A DNA stretch of 64,000 bases from Amphiscolops sp. MND2022 (lineage: Eukaryota): NCBI GenBank assembly GCA_964187785.1, contig OZ076410.1, positions 75,144,001 to 75,208,000 on the forward strand, given 5' to 3'. Shown in pieces: positions 23,430 to 36,297 of the stretch. The position numbers were made by a program, and so were the translations under genes. Below the pieces are notes generated by a model. The model ran no database searches. It saw only the letters and a program-made list of their open reading frames with translations, and was not told the origin of the DNA. Each line of letters opens with the position of its first letter. Position 1 is the stretch's first letter.

Positions 23430-23810
23430 TTTCAGGAATTGTTGACTTGATGTCTCCAAAAGAAAAAACGGGACCAAAAAATAAAAAAACAGCGCAAAAT
23501 TTCAGATTTTTCTGTTTATTTGTGTGGACACTTTATAATACTGGGGACAGGATTAGGTCAAATTGGCCCTATCATGCTTTGAAACAAGCTGAACTGCAGC
23601 CAGAGACACCAAGTGTGCAAAGTTTTGACGCAAAGTCCGGAGCCAGCGCGGAGAAGCCCCCAGACCAGCAGTTTAAAATTGATTTGAAAACCCTGATGCT
23701 CCTCTTTCGAACGCTGTATAAATCGTTTGTCGGACTCGAATAGTTTTGGAGATATTGCGGTTTAAAGTTTAAGCACCCGATTTTTGGATGCATCCAGAAA
23801 TTTCCACCTC
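23430..23810 (+). repeat. Dispersed repeat; second diverged copy at ~57295-57670
   Basis: Shared blocks AAAACGGGACCAAA, GATTAGGTCAAA.TGGCCCTA, AAGTCCGGAGCCAGCG..AAGCCCCCAGACCAGCAGTT, TATAAATCGTTTGTCGGACT. Confidence 0.7.
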
Positions 23811-23862
23811 CATTCCGGGTTAAACCGCCAAACAAAAAGACATGAAAAGAAACATATTTTGG

Positions 23863-24133
23863 TGTCAGTTATACGGTACACATACCGAACCGATCCTTTC
23901 GGTTGACACTGTCAATCACAAAACTTTAGATCATTCTCATCATAGACATTTATTTATACATATGCTTACATATTGGTAAACAACATATGTTACTTTGCCT
24001 TATATCGAAATTGCATCAGTTGGATACTTTTCGTAGCTAGAGAATAGATCATTACATTGACAGTACTTATGTTTTGAAAAGATACTTTCAAACAAACTCT
24101 ATTGTTTTCTTATCTAACCAAGAAAATAGAACA
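23863..24133 (+). repeat. 5' LTR of the gypsy element (271 bp)
   Basis: TGT...ACA termini, immediately followed by a PBS. Confidence 0.65.
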
Positions 24134-24143
24134 TGGCGCAGTC
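24134..24143 (+). promoter_or_regulatory. Primer-binding site, tRNA-Ser type
   Basis: TGGCGCAGTC, the same type as the tRNA-Ser PBS of Drosophila 17.6/297. Confidence 0.65.
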
Positions 24144-24186
24144 AGCAAATTGAAATTACCAAGAATATTTCAACAAAACAAAGAAA

Positions 24187-24894
24187 ATGACAGAAGAAAG
24201 TAAGATTGAAGTACCGAACTTCGAAGCCACATCAGACGGAAAGAAGATATTCACACCGAAACAATGGCTCGAAAGATTTCGGCAATATGCGAAAAGGAAA
24301 CACAAAATGGACATCACCGAATTGATACGGGGAGCCGAGATGACACAAACCGGTTGGACCGGAAAAGAAGCCGAAATCCAAGAAGACTTCATATGGGGAA
24401 TCGGCCCCGAAGCTTTATACCAAATGACACGAGCGGAGTACAGAACCGAACCAGACAGAATAGCGGTAAAAGATCTAATCCGACTGTTTAACGAAAATTT
24501 CTTACCGAAACGAAACACATACCATAACCGCGGAGAATTCTTCTGGACAAAACAAACTGAATCCGAAACACCGGAGGACTTCTGGTGGAGATTAATAGAA
24601 ATAGAGAAAGAATGTGCATTCGAAGGAATAACAGCCGAAGATTTACTCATTTCAAAATTTATGACCGCAATTACGGACACGAAACTCCGAGACAAATTAA
24701 TGAAAGAGAAGAAACTTGAACTGAAGAAAACAATCGAAAGGATCAAACAAAACACGTACGAAAGAAGGAATCGGAAAAACACTATACCGGAAGCTTTGAT
24801 ATCAAACCGAGGAAAAGAAATAAAAGAAGAACCAATACAAAGAATGGAAAGATCGGACACAAGACCGAAAAACAAATTTATAAACGATTTATAA
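24187..24894 (+). pseudogene. gag: Gypsy Gag, interrupted before the zinc knuckles
   Basis: 235-aa ORF after the PBS; premature TAA inside a TTTATAA-repeat insertion. Knuckles continue at ~24915-25020. Confidence 0.75.
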
Positions 24895-25056
24895 CTTTAT
24901 AAACATTTATAAACTTGCAGATTTTGCAACGCACCGAACTGGAATCCAACTCACAAATGCCCGGCATTAGGAAAACTCTGCAACAACTGCGGAAAGAAAG
25001 GACATTTCGCACGCGTATGCAAACAAAGAGAGAATTACAAACGCAAGGTACGAAAT

Positions 25057-28000
25057 GTGACCGAAGACGAGTCCGAGATAATTGGAGGAGAATCCGACGA
25101 ATCAGAAACGAGCATAAACAGAATTGAAAGAATTAACAGAATCACCGACAGAAATAAATATCTTACAACAACAGTGAAAGTGAACGGAATTGAAAACGAA
25201 TTTATAGTGGATACCGGATCACCGATTTCAATAATGCCCGCAGACGAAAATATAATGAAACAAACCGAGATACAGAAAGTCAAACACCGGTATCAAGATG
25301 TGAACAGAAATGAAGTAAAATTTCGGGGAATATACCGGCGGATGTTGAATACGAAAACAACAAACAAAAAATGCAAATACTGATAACGGAACGAAACGAC
25401 ATTACACCACTACTCGGAATGGACTGGATGAAAAAGTTCAAATTAACAATCGGTAATATCCGAACAGAAGAAAACAACCAATCAGAAAGGAAAAGAGTAA
25501 TTGAGAAATTCCCAGATTTATTCAAAAACAGCACCACAACAAAAGACACCGAGATAAATATTCAACTAAAACCGGGACACTATCCGGTGAAACAGAAAGC
25601 GAGACCAATTCCACTACACCTACAAGAAGATGTCGGGAAAGAATTGGAAAGATTAATAAAAACCGGACACCTGGAGAAAGTAAAACATGTGGACGAAGAC
25701 TGTTTTGTTTCACCGGTAGTAATTACGGTAAAGAACGACAAATCAGTAAAAATTGCACTGGACTCGAAAAAATTAAATGACAGCTGTATAAAGATTCGAC
25801 CACACATGCCGAACATGGAAGAACTGCTAAATCAAATTTCGGTAGAGATCACTAGAGACCGAACAAAACAATTGATGATGTCAAAAATCGACCTTGATTA
25901 CGCATACGGCCAAATGAAATTATCAAAAGAAACAAGCCGTCAATGTGTATTCGCAATAACCGGAGGGAAGTTTAGCGGATACTACCGATTCAAGAAGGGA
26001 TTTTACGGTCTCGCAGATATACCGACAATCTTCCAAGAGAAAATTGACCGAACTTTAGAATACTGCACACCGGCATGGCTAGATGACATAATAGTGATGA
26101 CCCGAGGCGATCGGAAAGAACACGAGAAGAAATTATTCGATGTATAAAGAAATTGGAAGACGCAGGTTACCGAGCAAGCGAACGGAAATCCGAATTCTTT
26201 TTAAAAAGCACAAAATGGTTGGGACACGAATTTGATGAAACGGGAATAAAACCGAATAAAGAAAAAGTAAAAGCAATTCTAGAATTGAAACACCTGGAAA
26301 ATCAAAAGCAACTAAAATCATTCCTCGGTGCAATACAATACCTTGCAAAGTTCTTACCGAGACTATCGGAAAAAACTGACAGACTCCGAAAACTCCTAAA
26401 AAAGGATTCGGTATGGAACTGGGGAAAACAACAAGATGAAGATTTCAACAGCATAAAAGAAATGTTAACCGAAGAACCTTGTCTGGCACATTACGCAAAA
26501 GACCGAGAAAATATAGTTACAACCGACGCAAGTAAAACCGGACTTGGTATAACCTTATGGCAAAAACAATCGGATGGAGAAATAAAACCGATAGCATTCG
26601 GTAGCAGATACCTTAACGACAGCGAAAAAAACTACTCAATCGGAGAATTAGAATTACTTGCAGTTGTTTGGGGACTAGAAAAGTTCCGATTTTATTTATA
26701 CGGAAAGAAAGACTTTTTATACACAGACCACCAAGCACTCGAACCTTTGATTAAAAGAAACCGATGCAATAGACAATACAGCGCAAGACTAACTAGATGG
26801 TTAGATCGGCTTGCGCACTTTGATATTGCTATTCAACATATTGCAGGAAGTAATCTGAAATTTACCGACTTTCTAAGTAGAAATCCGGTAGAAAGCGCAT
26901 CAAACGAAGACGTATACGACGAGCAATACGTAATTAATATTCTTTCCGAACACACCGAATTAAACGTAAAATACGGAACGCTGTTCGCCGACCAATCACA
27001 AGTCGCACCGGAAAGAAATAAAACAACCGAAGAGCATTTTAACAACCAATCACATCAAAATAGAATATTCGAGAATAACCGAGACGTGAACAAAATGAAC
27101 GAACAAACGAACAACGCACCGAATAAACGCCAACGAAAAGCTAAAACGGAAAGTTCAATCCGAAATTTAAATTCCAATTCAAATCAAAATTCAAACTCGC
27201 TAAACAATTTACCTTTATTTAAGAACGAAATGGACAGAGATTACTTCCATTGGGGCGCGACGGCCGAAATCATGGAGATAATCCGAAGACGCAGAAAGAG
27301 CCCAGAAACCCTCAGACTCGTAGAAAGACGATTGGAGATTTCCCGACCGGGAACAATGCGCCGGAAATTCGACATGAACGCGCAAAGACAGATCTGGGTC
27401 CCCACGAGACCGAACAAAAGAAGTCGCCAAGAAATAGCTGAGATAGACGGCGAATTGCTGACAAGAGCAAACAGATTCGGTGTGGGTTACCAACCATTAG
27501 AGGAAAGAATGGAAGAAACTCAAGAGACACCACAACCGGAGATGGCCGAAGAAACCGAACAAGAAAGTGAGGGCGAAATCCAAGTAATACGGGGCGACAA
27601 CTTCCCCATCGTAGACCTAAAAGCATACAATACCGAGGGGAAAGAGGCCCAATTCATCCAAATCAACCAAGTCATCGAAAAAGTAACCGGAAATCAAAAG
27701 AACACCGAAGAAACAATTAAAAAAGCTGAATTCAAATTCATGCTCGATCTGAAGACGCTGATCGCAAAATCATCAACGGACGCCGAACTCAACCGAGTAC
27801 GGGACGCAATGAGGCGAGGCGAAAAGAATACGGCCCCAGAACACTACCGAGCCAACTTTGAGAAACTAAACAAAAAATGGGGACTGACATTCAACGACGA
27901 CCGAATTGTGGTACCTGCTGAATTGAGAAAGAAACTGCTAGACACGCTGCATTTCGGACATGCCGGAACTACCAAAATGTCAGCCGAGGCCAAAATCTTC

Positions 28001-28672
28001 TGGTGGCCAAACATGCAAAAGGAAAGAGAAGACAAAACAAAAAACTGTGTGGCCTGCATGTCATCGGGTAAGAACTTAAAATACCAACTACCGAAACAAA
28101 ATTTCGGGAAACTAAAAACACTAACCGAACCGGGACAAGAAATCCAAATTGATTTTTTGGGAAAACTGAACAATAAGAATTTGACAGGCGACCATCAAAT
28201 CCTAATTGCAATAGATAGATTCAGTAAATGGCCAACGGCAAAAATTTGTAAATCCTCGGAAACTAAAGAGGTAATAAACTTTCTGAAACAAAATTTTAAT
28301 CTGAATGGACTACCAGAGAAAATAAAAACGGACAAAGGCGGAGCGATCGTTTCAAAAGAATACAAAGAATTTTGCAAATCGAAAAACATCGAAATCGAAT
28401 ATAGCACACCGAGAATGCATACAGGCACGGGAGCAGTAGAACGCGCGATACAAACATTGAAAAACCTCATAATCGCGAACCTAGAGGATAAAACATGCCT
28501 AACCGAATGTGTAAATAAAGCATTAAACGTAATGCGATTTACAATACATACGGGATTGAAAATAACACCGTTTGAATTACATCACGGCCGAAAACCACGA
28601 ACCGAACTAACAAATATAATAAAAGACGGAAAAACTTTCCTTTCTAAATGGTCGGAACTAACTGTTTCAGCC
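25057..28672 (+). pseudogene. pol: Gypsy Pol (PR, RT, RNase H, IN) in three frameshifted pieces
   Basis: ORFs 25057-25383, 25371-26147 and 26153-28708 carry consecutive Pol motifs. Confidence 0.85.
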
Positions 28673-30232
28673 ATTGTACATGAGATGAAGAGAAGTATCC
28701 AGCTTTAATCGGTCCAAGTACTGGTTTTCATAATAAGCATCAATAATTAGGACAGATAACAGGTCTTCATCCAACACCTTTATCTGAAATTTTAGGACAG
28801 TTTTGAGCACTCTCCAAGAAAATACACTGCACTACTAATTAAATGATGCAGTCTACTCGATCAAAGCTAAGCAGGCCGAAATCGGCCATTTAACTAGCGT
28901 CCATGATTGTGATGGCCAAATTAAGTCAATCGGCCGTAACCGGCCAAATAATGTACTGCTCCAAAAAGATATTATTAAGACTGCACTGTGATTGGTTAGC
29001 TATAGGCCAACAAATTACGACGCCGATTTGAATCCGACTTATTAGCACTCGAACTTGTTTCCTTTGCATCGTGCATTAATCTAATTACTTCTTGCATTTC
29101 AATTTTACATCACTCATAGGTATCAAATCAGCAAATTGAACAACAGTTAACAGACTAATAAAAAACAAACGTAGCAAAACATCTAAACAAACTAAGTAAT
29201 AATTTTAAGAGATAGTTTGAGTTCCAATATTAGAAACTAAGAAGTGTCCCAGGCGCAAAATTTTGTCCGTTTGCAGTTGTTGTGATTGTCGTGCCGTCAG
29301 AGGCGGCAGCCTGCGAAACTGCGGGTGGTATGAATAAAACTGACCCCGCATTAGGTTTGTTTGGGTAAGCTTCCTTTCTTAGCTCTGTCACGTACGTAGG
29401 CTCATCACTCGGTGTTGATCTTCTCATATATTCATCTGCTTTCTGCTTCTTGATCGCGTCGGCCGATTTCCTACACACGATACAGCTTGTGTACCTCTTT
29501 GTACTCACATTCTCATATGCGACTGTATCCTGGGTGTGGTACGAAACGTTGAATCCAGTGTTAGGGTGCAGCGGTGATGGGACTAGTGGCGTCTCCAGTA
29601 TAGGCACTTGGGGATGGTGGTGATATAGGCGTATCAGCAACGGGTATTCTTGTTTTGCATAACTCAATTCTCCTTTTAGTCCCCTCCTTCGTGGAGGCTA
29701 AACAGAGTTTACTGTCAAAGTATTGCTCGTCCAATTTAGGAGTAGAGTCCAAGTTTGTCCTGCTGGAACTAGGGCCAGGAGCTAGAGCTAAATCCTCATG
29801 ACTGTTAGATGTCATTATTCTTCCTGCTATTAATTTCGGGCTCGACACCACATCCGTGTCGATTCTTTTGATCATCTTTTCTGTATCAGTAGACCAGTCT
29901 GAGTCCCATTCTTCTGACATTTCTTCACTCTCATCACTGGAGATGTAGATCACTGAGTCATTTGTAGTTTCAGAATGGAAATCATCTTCTTCAAAGAGTC
30001 TCCCTCATTCAATGAACTTTTCCATTATGAATTTTTTCGCAATTTTGAACTGCTCAGGGCGACTGCAGAGCGTTAAGATTCTGAGAGGAATGATTTTGTT
30101 CTTTCCTCTGCCCGCCCCAAGCCGAGTTAGGCCTTTTCTCGGGATTCTTGATTCGGCGGTTAAGACTACAATCATTTGTCCTAATTCGGCGTAAATTTTT
30201 CTGAATGGAATTTCACCGACTGTCGGCAGCAT
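28672..30232 (-). other. Coding-like relic on the minus strand (unassigned accessory ORFs, probably from another retroelement)
   Basis: Three consecutive minus-strand frames (30232-30005, 29953-29561, 29667-29230) with acidic/Ser-rich, Pro-rich and CIVC segments; no recognised domain. Confidence 0.3.
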
Positions 30233-31368
30233 TTGAAATTCTGATGTTTACCCCTCATCATCACCATCATGTGAACAGCGCTTGAATGTTAATATCAAAT
30301 ACACGCGTCTCAAGTGGGTAAATAACAGGTTGCTTGAAGGCAATTAACGGCACGCGTCGCATCTTTCTCCCAAAATGTTCTTGACCAGTCAAAATCGTTT
30401 ATCGAAATAATGAAAATGAATAAAATGGTGAGGAATAAAAACCAAAAATACAAAAAAAAACAATTCAAAATGGCGAGAATTCTAACTAAATGGTAATAAA
30501 GGCAACCAAACAAAACGGTAAAACGAAAAAGGGTAAACAGCCATAATCAGCTTGTAACTAATTAAGCTCTAAATAACGAGGAATGTTCTGTACATGTCGC
30601 TGGCAGACTCCACGTACAGTTCTAAAAATGTAAATAACAACGAAAAGTTAGTCTGGTGTATTTCTTCAGCCACGAACTCCAACCTTTAGTCTTTAATTGT
30701 ATTGTCTATTCCAATTCCATTATCATTTGTATTCTTCTCTATTTGAATTCGCCTTTACGTCATTCGTCCCGTTTCGTCTTCAATTGCCGTTGCTGATTTT
30801 GACGATTTTCAACAAATTCAATTACCCTTTTCTTCTCTCGTCAGATCGAGCCAAAATCCCAGCTTCTGACATCTCCACAAGACCCTTTGCTCAGCTGATC
30901 TGACTACAGCAGCATGTGTTCCAACTCAGGTTGGTTTGGATTTTCATACTTTGAACTATCTTAACATGATCAAGGCCAAATTCGTTCAAAAACCGCTTCC
31001 TGTTGCCATCACTAAGCACGTACTTAACATGTTTCATTCAACAGGATGCCTTCCGGAAGTATTCTAACGCGGTAAAGGGTTTCTTTTCAAGGAGGCATAC
31101 CGCCAAAATTTATTCCTTTTCGTTTAGGAGAACAAACATTTGAGAACACAAGTGCACCAAACCTCATCGAAGCTACTGACTCCAGCACTGCCATAAAGCA
31201 AGCCGCCCCTGAACTTCAGGATTCATTCAAAGTAGACAATTCTCCTCAGAGCGCAAGTAGTGAGCCTGATGTAAACGTCTAAGCTGAGAAAATGGTGCGG
31301 CAAATGGAGTCAAAGCATCAAGAAACTTGATCTAGCCGACGATCGAGATTCGGGAGGAATTCAAAAAA

Positions 31369-34356
31369 TTGTCCACCGATCCAGCACTACCGTTCCAACT
31401 AGTGAGGAATCACCAGCTAGTGATGCCAGCCTCACTTATTTGGAGACAGGACTCAGGGTCGCAACCACCTCTCGGACTCTGCTCCTTGAGCCTCTACCTG
31501 CTTCGCACCCAGGCCAAAAAACACCGGTTCTTTCCAATCAACAGACCGAAGATGATAACATGTCGTCAGTGTGCGAGTTCACTGCCTTGCCTAGGATTGA
31601 GCCAAAGGTCCGATTCCTCACTGATCAGAGTGAAAGTGAGAAAACTGGAGACGAAGGTAGCTTTGTTGATTGTCCTTCACTTTACGGTCGCAATCCCATT
31701 GACTTTGAATCAGGCACTGGGGCTTGTGATGAATCTGACGCTAACTTCTCATTGACCAGACTCAATAGGCCTTCAACGTCGGCCTCCAAGGGGCCTGATG
31801 ATAACCTTCCTGAATTGTCGGGAAGAAGTCGTGCGATACTAAAGTCATATTTCCTTGACACTGATGCCTTCAACTTGCCCCGGGGACACCCGACCGTAGC
31901 CTTCGCGGAACCCCAAGTGTACCAGCTGGTGAGGGTACTGAGTGACGAGACACTCAAGATGTCGTATGCGATCATGGAGCGAATGGTCATCGACGCAGTA
32001 AGAAGTACACATACTACTGTTCCCTCCAGGACTGCTCACTTTCAATCTATGGGGCAGGCAAAAACACCAGGACGTTGGACTGAACCGGAATCTAGCGCCT
32101 CTGAATCTAACCAGGTGACAATTGTTGAAACTAGGGTCGCAGGCGCATCCAGTTCCGAGGATGCAGGACATTCCTCATTCGATGGGGGAAGTGATAGTGC
32201 TACAGAGATGGCATTGATCTCTTATACATTCAAATCTGCCTCCGGTCCAAGTCAAGTCTTCCCAGCCGCAACAGCCTCTCAGCCCGAACAGACTACTGAT
32301 CACAGCAGTCAAGACACGGCACTCCATGAACGGCAAGAATAAGTGAGAAGCGCGAAGACCCAAGGTGAGTAGAAGACTTAGTCGTGGTGGTGTCCCCATG
32401 CGTGAGGAGTTCTCCAAAATTGGATGGACTCGATCCTTCATCTCCGGACCCGCAGACCCTATCCACAACCCACATATGGTTTGGTGTCACATGTGTGGGA
32501 AGAATTTTTCAATCCGCACAAAGGGCCCTATAGAGATTCTGCGTCACCACCGCACGGAGAAACAGTTGAGGCGTGACCAACGATGGAGGTATGAACACCT
32601 CAAAAGTGTGGATCCGGTCACCGGAAACGTGCACCACCGGGTTCGAGGGCGCAACGTGAAGGTGCTGACGAAGATTGAGTTGGCAAAAGAGCTCCCCAAA
32701 TTTATCCACACTGAACTCATGGACGTTGGGCAAAGGTTCCCCTTTTATGATGATTTTGTTCAAGGCCGAACAACTGCCCTTGTTACGCCTGAGTCCCGAG
32801 CCAAATCTCAGCTGAGAATTTTAGCAGATTTCCTGGAGACTCAATGGAACTTTTCTGCCTTGCGGAACCTGTGGGCTAGGCTGAGCTCCTTAACCGACCA
32901 CCAAGCCAGTCTCTGCGACTTTGATTGCGGTGAAGAGTAGCTGACTGTGAGTTCCATTTTGTTAGTTGACTCTGATGGGTAAGGTCAGTTCTTAAGTTGT
33001 TTCCTATCCAGGCAGTCTTCCAGCACTTCTTTGATTGTGCCATGTCGGACATAGCGGAGCATGTTGCCGCAGAGCAGAGTTTTCGCCACAGAGTCCGCTC
33101 CTGGAAGGGGCAATGTATCTGCAAGAACTTCGTCTGCCGAAGTGAGTTGCCAGCCTCAGAACCGACGGGGGAAATGGTGTCGTTGTCCCGACTGTTGTCC
33201 GTCATATCAACCAAAGCAGACATAGTGGCTGGTTCTGCAGGTCCTGCAGACCTAATTCGCACTATTGACCAGGCTCCCACTGTTGTTCGGGGCATTCAAA
33301 GCTGCTTCCGCTTTGAACAGTTGGACCTGTCCCACTTGATGCACAAGTCAAAGTGTCTTCGGTCACCTTGATTTCTTCTCTGTGCTACGTGGACTAATGA
33401 TCTCACTGGGCGGATTAATTCTGAAGATTGGGTCCAACGGAGTACCGAGCTAGCCAGAGTAAGTGTTCTTTTGATTCCTCACAGCAAAGTAGAGCATCGC
33501 GCAGGCGAAAGAAACTCTCGTTACTGATCGGTCCCACAACAGTGCTAGCAGTATAGGTGTAGTCAGTGAAGCTACACTACAATTTATTAAGTTGTAAGAT
33601 TTGGGAATTTTTCCAGGCCATTGCCAATTGCAAGTTGGACTTTTTGACTCTCCCCACTCTCTTCCAGGAGGTGATTGATGAGTGGAAAACTGTTACCTCC
33701 TGTCTAACCCCGTCTAACGCGCACCACACCAACAAGGACAGGGAGTTAGAACCAGAGTAGCCTTACCAGAATTTCTATCGTTCGAACTGATTTTAACCTA
33801 ATAAGCATGTCCGTAGAAGGTGGCCCCCTAAGACCAATCGTTGCAACTAGTACTATCCTGTTTCAGGTGCAGAGTTTCGAGTGGGCACTCATTTGTGATG
33901 AGTTTTTTCTAGTCAAACTGGAGCTTTTTTACCGTCTTGTCAGTGACTTTTAGTCCATCTTTTTTAGTCTAGAGACGAGATGCCTCATTCTACTTGAGCG
34001 GAGAGGTTTCCCGGTTCCTCTACCAGTCACGCTTCAGATGTTACACTACTGACACCATTCCCCTCGAGAACGCGTGGTTCCTCCTTTTGGGCTTCGGGTC
34101 AGCGAGGGAACGTTCATGCCAGCGGATGAATTTCTTATCCGACTCAAGATGACAAATAAGGTTTCATCTGCAAGCAAGCGAAAGGCTGAAGGAGTCCACT
34201 CAGGAAAGAGGGCAGAACGGGCTTTGATCAAGAAGACGGCCGACACTATCAAGTCTGAGTTTGTCCAAGATGGGCTGTCCTACATACAGTTCTTGATTGG
34301 TGAGGTGCTGAGTCAAACCGGGTTCAGTTCAAACCTCTTCAACACATGTACTAACT
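31369..34356 (+). pseudogene. Decayed, intron-containing gene with a BED-like zinc finger; probable DNA-transposon transposase relic
   Basis: ~300-aa S/T/D/E-rich region, then VWCHMCGKNFSIRTKGPIEILRHHRTEK (W-CxxC...H). GTGAGT/GTAAGT donors and TATCCAG/TTTCAG acceptors at ~32947, 33012, 33461 and 33868; stops and frameshifts; abrupt end ~34356. Confidence 0.5.
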
Positions 34357-34836
34357 TTGACTCTTTGAGCCAGTAACCTCGAAAACTATTCGTGACAAAC
34401 GAACCCTTCGTTCTTGAATTTAATTTTTGAGACAAAAAACTTTTTTGCTGTTATTGCTGCTGTGAGGTTGAATTTAGGCTTGAAGGTCAATTTAGGGGTT
34501 GCCTCATTGATTATCAAACAGGTCGCTTTGTATCCGAGAGCTATCCGTCCCTATTTTTTTTTAAATGTTTGTCATAAATTGAAGTTTTTGAAGTAGCACA
34601 AACAAGACGCCTGCTGACCAACGAGATATTTTTCGCCCTAAACTCTTCTACAAGCGCATAAATGTGAGGCTTAAGAGTAGCCAATGCACTATGAAATGCG
34701 AAAGAATCGAACCAAAGAAAATTTCGATTCAACTTAGCCCATTTTTATAGGAAACTCCTAATATGTAAAGTCGCTGAGTTCTTATTGGCTTTGTTGTTCA
34801 ACTATATCGATACCGATACCTAACATTTAAAAAGTT

Positions 34837-35330
34837 TTAGTCGGTGCTTTTATTCAGAAAAGAGCGACTATAGTCATGGCTTTTTGTTTTTTTTCCGATA
34901 CATCTGATCTGTCCAAAGTCGTCCTTCCAAAAGTTTAACTGCCACTTGGCCTAGTGGTTAACGCCGATTTCTTAGTTAACACAATTTCTGGTTTTCCGAG
35001 GATTTCCGTGAAGGATATATGTTTCCCGAGTTTTGAAGTTGACCTCTTTTTTTTTACTATTGAAACTGATGAGTTTTCTTAATGATTGTTGAAGATACCT
35101 TTTCTCATTTTTTTTGGCTCTGTGCGTCTTTCCGAGACATTCATTTGGGCGAAGGGCATCCCACATTTTCAGAGCTAGTTTCAGCTCGAGAAAAAGATGT
35201 TTGGTAGCTCATATTTTTCTCAGCATTAAGGGACTTTTCCGAAAAAAAACATCTTCAAAAAATAAATATTTTTGTGTTTCCAGTTGAAGACAATGGTTTC
35301 CGAGTCTCAGGCGTATTTCTTGAGGTACAT
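34837..35330 (+). mobile_element. Helentron/DINE-1-like element, opposite orientation, diverged
   Basis: TTAGTCGGTGCTTTT...GAGCGACTATAGTCATGGC is the reverse complement of the family end. Contains ACTGCCACTTGGCCTAGTGGTTAA (A-box-like). Confidence 0.45.
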
Positions 35331-36297
35331 TTGGCACTGAAAATTTGGTAAAAGTTTGAAAATAATGACCAGAGCATATTTAGGAAACTTGAACGTCGAC
35401 TTGTGGCGGTCCGGGGCTTGTTTTATGTTTGCACATAACGTCACCAAAAAAGTCCAAATTTTGAAAACTTCGATATTATCGACACCTTTGGAGAACTTTT
35501 CAAAAAAGAAACTACAGATGTCTCTTCTAAAAAGCCTACTGGATATCGAGTTCATTCGCTGTTGAAGGTTTCGGAAAAACTGCATGAAAACCTTAAAAAA
35601 CTTATCGACTTTTGGTTCATTCTGAGGTTTCCTTCCTACGAGCGAAACTGCAAAAACATTTTCCGTGTAAGACTTTCTACATCGCTAGTGATTCTTCGTG
35701 GACCTCATTGAGTATTAAATAGTTGGTCAATAGCGTCAAAAAACTTAACAATTTCGAGTTAAGTTTTTGGATCTTTTGCTAATAAGTTTGTCTCATACCC
35801 TTGGAACACTATTGGTAACTTCCCGTTTTACTTCTGAGCCTTCGGATTTCCTAATTATTGGAAAAATTTGGCAAGGGTTCAAAACTGGAACTATGTTGTC
35901 AAAAACTCGGAATTTTTGACCCAACTGTTATCAAATTCGAGGTACTTCATCTCACTTTTTTTCCGAATTGAGTTTCGAGTATACCTTATTCTTTCGATTG
36001 TTCAGGTCCATGGAAATCCTTATACAAGAATTTTCATGGATTGAACAAATAATGAAATTGATTTATCAGGAAATGTGCTTTTAAATTTTGGGGTCTTTTT
36101 GAGGCCATCTCCAGCAAGCAATTGCAGTTATATTTTCAGAAACTCCTACTCGAAACTGGCATTAGTCGTTGCAGTTTTCAGTTGGCGCTTTTGCGAAGTG
36201 CCCGTTTCTTACAGTAAGTAAATTTTCAGACATGTAAGATCCACTTTTGTTCAACAACTGAACTTGAACTACGGAGGGTCAAAACACTCGTCATCTC

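Larger units (their letters stand above)
23863..28672 (+). mobile_element. Decayed Ty3/gypsy LTR retrotransposon (5' LTR, PBS, gag, PR-RT-RH-IN; 3'-truncated)
   Basis: CNNCGKKGHFARVC knuckle, FIVDTGS protease, WLDD RT, TDASKTGLG/ELELLAV RNase H, HFGH..CVAC, QIDF, KTDKG, GAVER integrase. Frameshifts near 24900, 25330 and 26145; no 3' LTR. Confidence 0.92.

Noticed and set aside
30556-30712. Possible solo or degenerate LTR (TTGTAACT...GCCACGAACTCC)
   Set aside because: No second copy, clear TG...CA ends or TSD within the window.
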